Origin: the human T2T-CHM13v2.0 reference genome, Homo sapiens
Assembly (NCBI RefSeq): GCF_009914755.1
Contig: NC_060942.1
Direction: 5' to 3' (one strand)
DNA length: 64,000 bases
Position 1 is the stretch's first letter; each line of letters opens with the position of its first letter. Made by a program: the position numbers and the translations under genes. Below the pieces are notes generated by a model. The model had not been told where the DNA came from, ran no database searches, and saw only the letters and a list, made by a program, of their open reading frames with translations. Shown piece after piece: positions 43,340 through 57,939 of this stretch.

Positions 43340-44145
43340 CAGTGGAGGCGCTAACCAGTGGAGACGGGTCAGAGAGTCTGAAGAACATAAATAACTGAAG
43401 CATTGACATTAGTTTCAGCTGGGTCACCCAAGCCTTAATTCTGCACTAGCCATCCCAGACATTTCTAATGGGCTGGTGAAACAGTAGCTTTCTCAGAAGT
43501 AGCTCCTTAAATCATAAAAACAAGAATTAGCGTTTAACATAATGTCCTTCTCTATGGTCTGATAGGAGTTTGGGGAATGACCATGGAAACAACAGGACCA
43601 GATCCTAATGCCTTTGAAATACTTTTTACAGAATACAGAATAAAGTGTTTGCAAGGACTCAACACTCTCAAACAGCTTTTTCCACGTGTTCCTGATTCTG
43701 TTTTCTCAGTTTCATTAGGAAAATTTTTTTTTAGCATTTACCCATTCTCTAATATTATCTTTTACACATTGAGTGGTTAAGGATTCTGAAACATTTTCCC
43801 TTTTCAAAGGCTCTTGCTTTAAAAAGCAATGTAGAAACAAAGAGAAAAATAGTTAGAATAAGCAGACTGATAGCAGGATGGTAAAATTAACCCATAACAT
43901 AAATAATACCTGATAACTTCTGAAGAAAGCACACACAGCTTGAAGCATACCCAGTGCTGTTCCTTATACTGGGACATTTGGCCATATGCTGGGACTTTCA
44001 AAGCCCCAGGATAAGATACCCCTGTCTTAAAGTGTGTTACATTTTAAAGGGAAAAGAGAACATTACATTTTTATGAAAACAATAAGAAATACACTATTGA
44101 CTTGAAAGCAAAATTAGCGTGAGTTTTTAAGGGGAAAAAAAGATA

Positions 44146-44482
<337 letters not shown>

Positions 44483-44744
44483 TCACCAGACCCACCTCAT
44501 GCACTGCCATTGCCTCACCTTCCCAGCCCACTGAGTGGGAAATTTGAAGAAGTACAGCTGTACGAGATAGACATTTCACTGTTTGGAAAGAAAGATGATT
44601 TTTTTTTAATTTAAATGAGAAAAAATGTCACTACTCATAACCAAATGATTTGTTTGGACTCTGCCCTACATATGGGCAGGACAGAAAATTATTAACCACT
44701 ATTTATTGAGAGCTGTTCAGAGGCCTGCCCACTTTACTCTAAAG

Positions 44745-44959
44745 CAGTGGTTCTCAACCAGGAGCAGCTTAGCTGTCCAGGGAACATTTAGCAATATCTG
44801 TAGGCATTTTTGATTGATGCCTGGGAGTGGAAGTGATACTAGCATCTAGTGGGTATAGTCCAGGGATGCTACTAACAATCTACGATGCTCAGGGCAGTCC
44901 CTAAAAGTAAAGAATGATCTAGCCCAACGTATCAATAGTGCCAATGCTGAGAAATTCTT
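44745..44959 (+). mobile_element. MER20
   Basis: cagtggttctcaacc...gcatctagtgggtatag.ccagggatgct...aagaatgatctagccc...tcaatagtgcc. Confidence 0.88.
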
Positions 44960-45034
44960 CTAAAAAGTACAAAGGCTAAAGTAACTCTGTACCAGGTTCA
45001 ATATGTGGTATTTTTTTGTTACCATTGAATCTCC

Positions 45035-45170
45035 ACCACCATTCCTTTAGGTGGGTATTACTGTTACCTCCATTTTCAGATGATGAAGTGGAGGCTCAGA
45101 AGGTTAACTTGCTCAAGGCCGTGCAGTAAACAAGTAGTGGACCCTGAATTCAAAAGCAGATTAGTTTCCT
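45035..45170 (-). mobile_element. MIR
   Basis: ccattttcagatgatgaagtggaggctcagaaggttaacttgctcaagg. Confidence 0.75.
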
Positions 45171-46393
45171 CAAGCCAACTCCTGTGAGGTCACTGTGCTT
45201 CTTTCTTCAAAAATACCTACATAACTGCCTTCTGTGTTTTCTGAAACTCTTTGTCTCCACAGGGCCCCTATTAAAATGCATGTGTGTCATTTGAGCTGGC
45301 TGACAGGATAGTTAATCATGGCCTATGATTCCATTTCCTGAGTAAATTTACTGGGTTCTAGGGACCTGGACTGGAGAAGAGATGACATTGTTAGAAGGGG
45401 AGAAAAAAGGTTCCTGAAAAGGGAAATTTCATTTTTAAAAGAACCTCTTTGATGGAGAAGATGGGATTCCAGGACAAGGCTTAGAGTGCAGAAAAGGCCT
45501 AATTGTGCACCGGGGATTTGATTGTATGAAATAGAGCGAGGCTGTGGTAGCAAGTATTGCAGGAGGAGGTGACAACTTCCTTGTTCTAAAGGAGAGGATA
45601 GGCCGATTCTTCCTGCTAGAGGAACCCATTGTCTCGCTTGTGGCCTGCCCTTGAGGGAATCTGAACTACTGGAAGAGCAAAGAAGGCAGTCAGGCATGGG
45701 CACAGAAGAAGCCCAGGAAGTGTTGGTGATCACAAAACAGGAAGGTGACAATCCACTTTAGCCAACACTTGCTGCAAAAGAACCTCATCATCCTCAGCAT
45801 GTGAAAAGAAAACAGTAACGTTATTTTCAGAGAATGGTTCTGTTCCTTGATTCATCATTCCCTTGACACACTCCTTCACACAATGCGTCATCTGCTTTTC
45901 AATGCTCCTGCTGATGGCCAGCTGCACTCTGTTACCTTTTCAGGCTCTTGTTGGGTCTTGCCTCTCCACTCGTCCTGTGCCCAGTCATACAGAACCATTT
46001 GTCATCCCCCTGATGTGTCAACATTGTCTTCTCACCCTGTAGAGTCCCTTTTGTGAGTGAAGAGACTTTTCCCAGAAACTACCTGCATTAGTTTCCTAGA
46101 GTTGCTGTCACAAATTACCACAAAGCTTAGTGGCTTCAAACAATAGAAATTTTTTCTGTCATAGCTTTGTAGGCAAAAAGTCTGAAATTGAGGTGCTGGC
46201 AGGGCCATTCTCCCTATGAAGGTTCTGCGGAAGAATCCCCCCTTGCCTCTTCCTAGCTTCTGTGGGTTCCAGTAGTCCTGGCATTCCTTGGCTTGCAGCT
46301 GCATCACTGCAATCCCTGCTTCAGTCTTCACATGGCTTCCCCCGTTTGTATGTCTCTTTTTACATTCTCTCCTCTTCTTATACAGATACTAGT

Positions 46394-46819
46394 TGTCTTA
46401 TGGTTCTCCAAAGATACACAACTAATAGGATAGATGTACATATAAAGGAGAGTTTATTAAGGAGTATTGACTCACACGATCACAAGGTAAGGTCCCACAA
46501 TAGGCTGTCTGCAAGCTGAGGAACAAGGAACAAAGCTGAAGAACTTGGAGTCCGATGTTTGAGGTCAGGAAGCATCTAGCATGGGAGAAAGATGTAGGCC
46601 AGAAGACTAAAACAGTCTAATCTTTCCACGTTCTTTTGCCTGCTTTTATTCTGGCCATGCTGGCAGCTGATTAGATTGTGCACACCCAGATTGAGGGTAG
46701 GTCTGCCATTCCCAGTCCACTGGCTCAAATGTTAATCTCCTTTGGCAACACACTCACCCAGGAACAATACTTTGCATCCTTCAATCCAATCACATTGACA
46801 CTCAATACTAATCATCACA
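46394..46819 (-). mobile_element. MLT2A (ERVL) solo LTR
   Basis: gagtttattaaggagtattgactcacacgatcacaagg...aagaacttggagtccgatgtt...atcatcaca; degenerate TSD ctagt/acagt. Confidence 0.9.
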
Positions 46820-46956
46820 ACAGTCATTGGATTTAGGGCTCACCATAATCTAGTATGATCTCATTGTGATCCTTAACTGATTATATCTGAAAAGACTTTA
46901 TTTCTAAAGGAGATAATAATATGCATTTGAGATATGAATTTTTGAGGGACACTCCT

Positions 46957-47430
46957 TGTATTAGTCAGGGTTGTCCAGAGAAACAGAACCAATATGTACT
47001 CACATGTGCACACACACACACACACACATCTATAAAACCATGTATTATAAGGAATGGGTTCATGTGATTATGGAGGCTGAGAAGTCTCCAGGTATGCAGT
47101 TCAAAGGCCTGGAAACCAGGAATGCTGATGTCCTAAGTTCCAGGCTGAATCCAAAAGCAAGAGAAGACCAGTGCCCCAGCTCAAAGACCATAATGCAGAA
47201 AAAGCACACACTCTCTTGCTCAGCCTTTTGTTTTATTCAGACACTGTAATTTTAACAGATTGGATTAGGCCCACTCACACTGGGGATGGCAATCTGTTTT
47301 ACTCAGTCTACCAATTCAAATATTAATCTCATCCAGAAATACCCTTGCAAATACACCCAGAATAATGTTTGACCAAATATCTGTGCACCTGGTGACCCAG
47401 TCAGGTTGACACATAAAATTCACTGTCACA
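46957..47430 (-). mobile_element. MLT2B-like (ERVL) solo LTR
   Basis: tgtattagtcagggttgtccagagaaacagaaccaata...ttgacacataaaattcactgtcaca. Confidence 0.85.
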
Positions 47431-47654
47431 CAACTCAAATACACAATGCCCCGCAGACTTTCCCTTGCTGACAAGCCTGGCAAGGGAACTGCATTCGCAG
47501 TGATTGACTTAAACCCTTCCCTGAGACTTTGGTGGAGGCACAGACAACAAATAATTCAGCATTTTACCAGCAAAGAAAAGGGGGAGAATGGTTATTAGGT
47601 AAGTAACTAATAAATCTGTTGCATTTCTATATATTTCTTTTTGGTGAAACAGAC

Positions 47655-48015
47655 CCATCCATATTAGTCTATGCTTTGTATTTTCAAGCAACAAAAAGCA
47701 AAGCAAAACAAAACAAAAAAAAACTTGGCTAGCTTAACAAAAAAGAGACAGTTGCACTTTAGACAAGGACAGATCCAAAAGTTCAAAGGTTATACTCAGG
47801 ACCCTGTCTCTTTCCGCCTTTCTCAGCACCATTTCTCTCTGGCGTTCAATTAATAGTTAAGGAGATTCTATCTATGCAGTGATGAAGAAAATCAGCAGAC
47901 CTCCAAGCATAAACAATCTACCCAACTATAGATCACAGAGAAAAGAGCTTAACTTTGACCACCATAGAACTCTAATTGGCTTTCCTTAGGTCACATAAAC
48001 ATTCCTACTCCAACT
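47655..48015 (-). mobile_element. Old MLT1 (K/L-like) LTR remnant
   Basis: caagcaacaaaaa...ggctagcttaacaaaaa; ctctaattggc...ggtcacat. Confidence 0.35.
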
Positions 48016-48299
48016 CTTATTTTCAATCTTGATTGCTGCAGGATACCTATGATATGGATGACCCAATCAATACCCTCATCATATCCAGAAAAATATTCCT
48101 CCATTTGACCTCAGCCATCCACTTGCTTGACCACTAGAGCTGGTTACCTTCAGGAAATTAACCACTTCCACAATCAAAATAAGATACTTCTGTCTCCAAA
48201 TACCACATGCTCCACTTCCAGCTCTTTTGCTCTGATATCTCACATTTGTGATTCTTTGTGTTCATTAAAGGGTCTTTTGGGCCTCATTCTTTCTCACTA

Positions 48300-50110
48300 T
48301 CAGACTCCTCCTGTCTTTATTTTCTTCCTTACTTGCTTCTATTACATAGTTTATCCCTTGTACAAGCTTTCCTTTTATATACCTTCAAGTCCCTACCTCC
48401 TGTCCTGCCATCACATTCACCAGGCATTAGTGAACTCACTCACCTGATTTACTATTACTTGTGTCTATGTAGCTGAGCTTTGTTGCAGAAAACCACACAG
48501 CAGACCATGCTGAAATCCTACTAGGCTCATAATAAGCACTTCAGGTGTGCTTGCAGCACTCCATGTCTATCCTACTATTTCTATAGTCAGCTCACACTCC
48601 TCCTCTGCATGGTGACTGGTTCATCACTTTCCCATTTGCATCATGCTTCTTCTCCCACTCCGTGTCTGAGCTACCAACCTTGCTTCTTACTTCATTGAAA
48701 ACATAAAAGCCATTAGATAGACTCCCTCTTCCTTAGGTTTCCAAACATGCAAGTATACCATCATCTGCAGCCTTCAACTCCTTTTTCCCTAGTGTCGCAG
48801 GAAAGGCAGTTTCTTGCCACATACACTCTGTATCCTATCTCCTTTCACCCTCTTAAGGACTGAGTGCATTCAACCAGCCATTTTCTCTCTCACATGCTCC
48901 GTCTCTCTGCCTGTAGTGGACCACTCAGCAGGTAAATATTTTTAAGAGTCTCCTATATTTAGAAATCTTTCCCTGACTTCATATTTCCTTTCAATTGCTG
49001 CCCTACATTTGCTCTCGTACAAATTAAAGTTTCTAAAAACACAAAAAGTTGTCTACACAGGCTGACTCCACTTCCTTGACCTCTATCCTTCTCCTGTTCC
49101 TCAACATTCCCCCAAAAAAGGTTCTTGTTAAGTCACTGTAATCTCCATATTCCAAAGCCAGTGGATGTTTTTCCCATTCTCATCTTACTCAACTTCTCAG
49201 TAGCTTTCAACTCAAGAATCACCTGTTTCTTCCTGAAAAATTCCCTTGTTTTCAAGTCCATAGAAGCACGCTCACATGGTGTTTCTCCTGCTTCCTAGGT
49301 CTCCCTGAGCTGGGGCAGCATCCTAGGCATGATCTCGATGTGTGCAGTCTCTTCTCTTCCCAGGACTTAAAAAAAAATTCCTCTCTACCTACAACTTCCA
49401 CATGTGTATCTGCATCCAAGCCCTATTTTCAGAGCTTCAGGTTAATACAGACACAGCCTATGTGACATCTCAAATTCAAAACTGTTCCTGGCACACACCT
49501 CTCCCCTCATTACATTCCCTCAGCGCATTCCTGCACCAAGCCAGCTTCTGCATTAAAGTAAATGGCATCTCCATTTATCTCAGAATGCTGGGAGGTTGTT
49601 TAAATACTTTATTCTCACTCGTTTTCCCACATTCAATCTGTGACTGATCCCTGTCCATTCTACCTTCAAAATATGTTTCAAATGTGTCGCTTGTCATTGT
49701 CCCCATTGTCAGCATCCAGTCCAGCATCATCAGTCAGCCTCCAAACTCGTTTCACTATCCACCCTTTCCTCTGTCCCATCCACTCTTCACACCATAGACA
49801 GAGTGTTATTTTAAAAACAAAAGTTGTGTTTTATCACTATTATCATTGAAATTCTTCAGAAGCTTTGTGCTGCCCTGAGAATAAATTTCAGAATCCCTAA
49901 CATGGGCTTCAAAGTCCTGGTCCCTGTGTGACCCTGTCCCCATCTGCACAGTGCTCCAGCCACACTGCTGTTCCTGCATTCCTCCATCACACCAGGCTTC
50001 CTCCTACTCACGGACTCGGGTCTCCCTTTGCCTGAAATCCCTCGCCTCCTTTTTCACAGGTGTCATCTCAAATGTCACTTTCTCAGAAAGGTCAGAGATA
50101 CCACCAAATC
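48300..50110 (+). mobile_element. Long L2a fragment
   Basis: RT remnant catcttactcaacttctcagtagctttcaac (LILLDLSAAFD-like); ctaccttcaaaatat; ctccagccacactg; ctcaaatgtcactttctcagaaagg. Confidence 0.75.
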
Positions 50111-53100
50111 ACCTCAGATGTGACATTCTATCCTCATAGCCCATTCCAAGCATGGACACAGACTAAATTATCACGTGAAGCTGCGGCCAGCTCCCGAAGC
50201 TTTCCTAAAATCTTCACAATAACAGAGACGATACAAGTCAGAAATCATTAAAATTAGTCTTCAGCATAAGTATTAAACTGTAAGTCTTGCCCTTCATAAG
50301 ACAACTGCTAGATTGGCCTTTCTTATTCATCCTAATAATAGAATCCATTGGCGTTTCTTCTTGGGCCACCGTTTTTAGAACTTGCTTCCCCCACAGGAAG
50401 GCGTTTGCTTTGACCTGGACCTTATCCCCACGTCCAGAACCTCAGCACCTATTCTCTCCCTTGATCTAGCCCCTAGTCCCTTCCCCATTCCAATTAATAA
50501 CTTGTAATTTTCCACCTATATCACCCATAATAAACACAGCATTTTTTTCTCTTTTACATAAAGTGGCTTAATTTCTTTTTCCTCCACCTCTGTCTTCCAG
50601 ACTAAGCTATATATAAGCAATACACCTATTAAAATTTATTCCAAAAAAAAGAGCAATCATAAAGCCATGAACTCTGTAGCCTTCCTTAGAATCTTGGAAA
50701 ATAGACAGTTTTAAAGGTAACAATTCATTTTACCCAACCTGCATATTTACATAGAGACAGATAGGAAATGGTAACTATAAAGATGTTGACTGTGGTTGTT
50801 GGGATTATAAAGGATTAGAAAATATTTTTGCTAACTTTTATTGTTTAATTGGTCTGCAGTGTGTACTGAGGATGTCATAAAGTCTGAAACAGATAAAATA
50901 GTCTTTATGTTCATTCTTTACATATGGTTGCTACAGGTATAACAGTATGGTTAGGAAAGCTCAACCGCAGGATTGAATGTGGATTGTCGGGTTTCTCTAT
51001 GCTCTGTATGTATGTATAGAAGAATTTAAATACAAAACTGGTCATCACTGGGATGTAGAGCGTTCCTACATGTACTACAAATATAAGTGGCTAATATCCT
51101 TTGAAAATTCGTCCTTGATGAATAATATAGAATGTTAATGTCTTCCTAACTTGTATACTTATAAGCCAGAATTTTGGTGCTGTATTAGGAGGTTCTTCCT
51201 AATGTCTCGCCTGGCAAAAACGTACTATGGTAGCTTCAGTAAAAAACGAAGAACATCTATTCACCATTATTTTCACTGGGATATACTTGCAAATGGTCAA
51301 GTGCCTCCCTCACAGGCTTCTCTTCCACTTTCCTTCCTGTTTATTGTTCACCATCTTACCTTTTCCAGTTTCTCCCTTTCACATGTCACTATGAGGCTCC
51401 AAACAGAATGCAGTGGCCTGATGGAGAACTGACCAGTGTGGAACAAGGAGCATGCCTCCCAGATTGACTCCAGGGATCTCTGAAATATCAGATGTACAGT
51501 CCTTGCTGGCAGAGTATTTGCCACCACAGACACCCAGAAGTGTTCAAAGTGCCTGTTATCTTTATATTTTGGGTCAATTTATATGAAATTTGTTCAATTA
51601 CTAGATGGACCTTTTTTATTCATTCCAATAATGGAATTCATTTAAGTGTATAGAATGAAATTCCAAATATTCGTTTGTTGCTTGTCTCAGTTTAGTCAAA
51701 CAATTTCCACAATAGTGTGCATTTCTTCAGTATTTCCTTCTTTTCTATTCTCCCCTTCTTGGGAATTTTGCTATGTGTTTTCTTGAACCACATATGCTTC
51801 TCTTTTTCTTTCCCCCAAATCACCTTATATCCTTTTCAAACTGTTTCTTAATCTTTGTTTTACCATAATAATTTATTCTACAGTCTTCCCTTAATTTTTT
51901 CTAACTTGCTTTATTTTCTCATATTCTTTTTTTATCATAATGTCATCAATAATTAACTTTGTGTGTCTACAGGGTACATGACATCGCATTTGCTTCCCAG
52001 TTCTCTCCATCCCATTATCTATGATGCATACACACATATTACTTGATATGTAGTTATAGTTCACCCTCCCCTTGCCCACTGACTACATAATTACTTGTCC
52101 TTTCCCCAGGGAGCCTTACAAAGGAAGGAAGGGAGAAAGTGGAGTCACTCTGTCACTCCTACATCTCATCTTGGTCACTGAATATGCTTTTAGAGTACAT
52201 CAGGCATTTCTCCATAGAGCTTTAGAATGTGTACTGTGCTGATGTATTCCAAGTCCCTGAATACAAAGTAAAAGAATCTGGGAAAATACACCTAATATCC
52301 CCCAAACAAATGCTTTCTAAACTCAGGGGACACTGACTGGGTGATTTTTCCCCTCCTTAACATTCTGCCTAAACTGACCTAATTAAATTCTCTGTCTACT
52401 CTCAAATCAGTTGGTCATATTCCTTCTCATATATTGTTATAGCTACAGTTAGTATTTCCTTTTTCCATGTTCTTATCTCCCCATCTAGATTGTAGGCCAT
52501 TTATATTTCTTTGACTACACCTAGTTCATTAACTGTTTTTAGAAAGCACTTAATTCAAAGGTACTGAATCAGTACATCTCATTTCAGAATAAGCCACACA
52601 GAAGAAACTAAGAAACAATAATCTCTAAATCTTTGTATCCAGACTAAGAAAATGAATTCTTTTAAAAGTGAGATCTCAGGAATTTGCCTGTTTTCTTGAC
52701 TTCACAGGTAGACTTAATTTTCAGAAATGTCCTTCCCTTTTCCCTTTAGCTGAGAGAGAATATATCCATCAAATAGAGATGTCATGGCTGTGCAAACACA
52801 CCTGGGTTTACAGGATATGGGAATGTCACAGAGAGCGACCAGACAGGTACTTATTGAGTTACCTGACAGTCTTCCACTCAAAGCACATGGATTTTCTTCT
52901 ACCCCAACGTACTAAAAGGCCATAAAAGAACTCAGAGGCCATAAAAGAGCCATAATAATTTTATATCAATCTCAGCTCACTAACTTGATGAGCACCCTGA
53001 CCCTTCAGCTCTTTTGGAATTTTTCCATTTTGTTTCCCACAGAACAGATTTTGATCTGGGAGAATATTTACTCCTCAGTATCAATTCTGTCTTGCCACCA

Positions 53101-53369
53101 ATAGAAGGTGCCTTTAGATATACTGCCGTGTGGGTTGTCCCTGATAAAAAAAAAATAAAAAGCAAACAAACAAAACAGCATCACCCACCTCAAAGTAACT
53201 ACCATTCCTGACTTGGACTCCAGAACACATTCATGGGGTTTCACAGATGACATCAAACTGGAACTGAGAGGGAAGCCCTCAGAGATGAGTTGCCATTTAG
53301 AATCAGCATGGTAAAATTACAAAAAGCAAAGTGGACTCACAAAGAACTCTGTTTCCTTTCTAGCACTAG

Positions 53370-53441
53370 AGTAATTTCATGCTGGAACTTTAAGCAAGTT
53401 ATTTCACCTCTTTAAGCCTCAGATTCCTCATAAATAAAAAT
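53370..53441 (+). mobile_element. MIR core
   Basis: gcaagttatttcacctctttaagcctcagattcctcat. Confidence 0.65.
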
Positions 53442-53519
53442 CAATAAAATGAGGTATAATACTAAATTATGAGTATTGATTCTGCCAATTCTTAAATTTT
53501 GTTCTTAGACTTTCTAACT

Positions 53520-54245
<726 letters not shown>

Positions 54246-55933
54246 GAGAACATGGAAAGTTACAAGTTTTTATTATTAAGTTTAAAAACCAACGTATTTT
54301 TCACTAAGAATACATTCAGAATATAAGTATATAATTATAATTTTTAAACACATGAAAAAATACAAAAACAGAGGCTTGAGGATAAATTTCCAAAAATGAT
54401 ATGGCAAAATGATTCAGAGTTCACAATAGGTTATCTGTAAGATATGGAGCCATCAATTTCATAGTGTTATTTAAAAACGGATATTTTCTGTGATGTACTC
54501 ACAGAAGAAAAACATAAAGAAATCCTTATTATTTATAGCCCCATTGTTACAATTCAAAGGAAAAGTGCATGTTTGAAATATCTTAAGGGTAAAATAGAAT
54601 ATCTTGATATTAAATTGTATAAATTGAGATGGCTTGCAACAGACTTGTTCTTTCATAAGAAATTTTTATGAGCAGAATAGATACTAATCCGATTAATATT
54701 TTTTAGGTCAGCTGCTCAAAGTGGCCCAAGAAACAATGTGCTTGCAAAAATTGTTCAGTAGATCACAATCTTTTTTTGTTGCTGTCAACACACTTTCTTT
54801 TTTAATTTAAACCAGTGCCCTAACAATAAAGCACTTTGTGGTATGAAAAAATAAATAATAATTTTTAACTATGATGTGAAAATTGCATTTTCAGAGGTTC
54901 AAATTGTTTTGCTTGTTTTAATTTCATTAACATTGGCCATCAACGTTTTTTGCAGCCATGTTGCTTAATTTAAGCGCGTGACTTCTGAGCCCATGTTGTT
55001 ACCTTGAGTTTGTAGGAAATTAGGTGCTCTCACATCTGAAGAGAGGGCAGTGAAGCATATAACTTTGAAGCTCCCTCCTGCTTCTATGGGACTAGGATTT
55101 GGCAAATTGACTTCCTGGGGTACCTTCTGAAGCATCATTACCTATGTCTCAAAAACTTTTTCTAAGTGATTGAATTCTTCATATGAAATTAAGTGGGTCA
55201 CAAGAGCACAGATTATGTTGCATATTTTGTTCACATGAGGGGGAAGTTTAATTTTAACATTTGCAAAAGGGGATTTAAAACTTTGTGAAACCAAATATAC
55301 TGGCGTCGTATTCCCTAGGGGTTAAAGAATCAACAGTCACTTTAACATCTGACAAAGGATGCACCTTCTGTTTGGCAATCAATCATATTAAATGCTCTAG
55401 TAACAGTGTACCTTAACTAGATAAATGATAAGCTCTTACATTTACAAAATGAAAAACAATTAGATACGTGTAATGGCCACATAACCAATCTCCAGGGGAA
55501 AAAAATGTACAAGGTAAACACTCCTGATGAAATGAATGCAGTCAGTGAGAGTCTCTATTCAGCCAGCCACACATGAGAATAGGTATGAATTATTCAAATT
55601 GGGGTTCAAATTATTCAAATAGTCTCTCCTTCATCAACTGTTTTGAAGAGGATTAGGGAGTGCTAATTTTCCGGTGTAGCTGCTCCTTGCCTTTTTGCCT
55701 GGTCGGCCTCACACATTTTTTTGGATTGGATCATCATGAGTCACCGCGCTGAAGGATTTTTCAAGGTTGGAGCAGTGCCAAAGCTATTTTAATCATCCCA
55801 ACTGATTTGTTGTGGGGCTTTTCTTTCTTACTTACTTTTTAATGATAGAGAAATCTTGCAATGTGCAACATTCACTTTATTCTTTCTGGTAACTTCCTGC
55901 AATGAAAAATAAAATTGTTTTTTTCTACCACAG

Positions 55934-56075
55934 GCTTTTTTAACCCCTGGCTGCTTCTTTGTACCATATTCTTCAAAGGGATTTTAATGCTAATTTTCCT
56001 ATACCATTGGCTTTGGTGTCAGGTAATTTCCTGAATTTGATTACGATGGAGAGAAGCAGCTAAAAGTCTACACTG
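55934..56075 (+). other. Candidate additional non-coding exon with two possible donors
   Basis: Acceptor tttttttctaccacag|; donors CAG|GTAATT (56022) and CTG|GTGAGC (56075); unique sequence. Confidence 0.3.
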
Positions 56076-56639
56076 GTGAGCAGTTTACAGTACTTGTTAG
56101 AGATCAAGGTGACCTTGTAAAGGCTTCTATTGACACAATATTGGTTAATTACTAGAAATGTAATCTATGTATATAATTTATATTTTAAAGCCCTTTATGA
56201 TGAAGATTCTTTACAGTTCATCTTAATTTGAGAAAGTATCATTAACAAATAACATATAGACCATTTTTTAAGAATCCAAAATGAATACCACAATGAACTG
56301 CTGTACTTGTGTTTTTCTTCCATATTTAAAGATGAAAAAAATTAACTACCATGTTTAACATTCTTCCCACAGTCCATTTCATACTAGAAATATGCTTAAC
56401 CTTCTGACTGATCAGTTGCTCCTAGCTGGTTTGTAGGTTGGAGCAAGCAGCCCTTGCTCTTTGCCTAAAAAGGTCTCTATATTTATGCTGTGTTGTTATG
56501 TAAACCTATGTTAGGAAACATAGGATTGTTAATGCACATCTTGTTGAAAATGACAGTTTATTCAGCAAAGGGAAGTCACGTGCCAGTCAGCTTTCTCATG
56601 GTCCCTCTTGTTCAAAAATCACATATTGACTAAATAATA

Positions 56640-56860
56640 CTAGCCAGAATTTATTGAGCATTTAGTATGCTTCAAGCTTGGTGCTTCCCTTGGACTATCT
56701 CATTTAATCCATTTCCATTCCTTGTTAAAGTAGGAATTTTACAGAAGAGTAAACTGAGGGTTAGAGAGGTTAAGTAACCTATCCAAGATCACAAAAGTAG
56801 TATGGGCTAGAGCCAGATTTCAAATCCGCATCTGCTTGATTCCACAATTGCTCTTCTTAA
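56640..56860 (-). mobile_element. MIR (MIRb-like)
   Basis: ttttacagaagagtaaactgagggttagagaggttaagtaacctatccaagatcaca. Confidence 0.85.
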
Positions 56861-57019
56861 GAACTCCTCTGCCTTGCCTCTCTTTGTGATGTGATGTACT
56901 AAGAAAAATTCTGTGCAGATCTCTGAAGGGTTTAACCACAGCAAGCCATGCTCTGAAGACAGTCCTGGAGGAGTTGAGGGAAAGCTTTCAGATGCCATCT
57001 TTATCCATTGAAGAAGTAG

Positions 57020-57225
57020 CCCTACCTAGTGCCAAGTCTTTTGATGGTTACTTGGTAGAGAAAGATGAGTAAGACAATGTTCCTGTTCCTCTGGGAGTCC
57101 ATCTCTAAAGAGAGAAGATAGATATGCAAACAAATTATTGTGAAATGTAAGCTAAGTTTGGGAAATAAGGAAGGTTGTGCAAGAGCAGAGTGATTATGCG
57201 AGGCCTGAGGGATGAAGTAGCCATC
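57020..57225 (-). mobile_element. L2 fragment
   Basis: cctacctagtgccaag...aaagatgagtaagaca...ttcctgttcctctgggag. Confidence 0.55.
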
Positions 57226-57939
57226 CCTGGAGGACGGGGGCACCCACTGGCTGATTAATGTACCATGGTGGGAGGAAGGACCATGCTGACATGCTGGCAA
57301 GCGGGGAAGCTCCAGTCACCTGGGACTCCTTCAGCTTTTCCCTAAAGGACTGGTAATGCGCTGAAGGTGATTCCTTAAATCCTAACTACATAGCCATTGG
57401 TTTGGGGAGTCCCAGGATTGCTCAGAGTTTGTATCGTTTCAAATCCAAGACTGCTGCTCTTAATATAGAGCCCTCCCCACCTCAGCAAATATAGCCTGAT
57501 CGATTCCAGCAGGCTGTGTTGCCTGCTTTAAATTTAAATGATAAATTTTAAAAGAACTGAAATCTGTTTAAATAACAGTTAAACACAGGGTTTTGATGAA
57601 AAGAAAATGAAGAATTTTACCTCCCACATCTAAGCTGTGATTAGAAGTTTGCTCTAGAAAAAAAGCACTTTGAAACTAGCCCTTCATACACTGATGTAGT
57701 GTTTTCAGCATCTGTGTTTACTGAATACATTACTGCATTTTTTAATGTTTCTAAAGGAGCTGTGGGATTATTGCTGCATTTCCTATTGAGTTAGTAACTG
57801 ACATTTAAAAATATTTAGTTGGCTGATGTAGTAGATAATGATCAGTATTTCAAAAGATTAATGGTGACTTAAAATGCATAGAGATATTTCATTAGTTAGT
57901 TGGGAAACCTTTTATTCTTATACTTCTGTTATTTTTTTC

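Larger units (their letters stand above)
46084..47443 (-). mobile_element. MLT1C-like MaLR LTR, split by two nested LTRs
   Basis: tgcattagtttcctag...aaattaccacaaa...; resumes cagtcattggatttaggg at 46821; ends caactcaaataca. Confidence 0.8.

Noticed and set aside
45323-45751. 142-aa minus-strand ORF
   Set aside because: Non-ATG start, no homology recognised and no splice support
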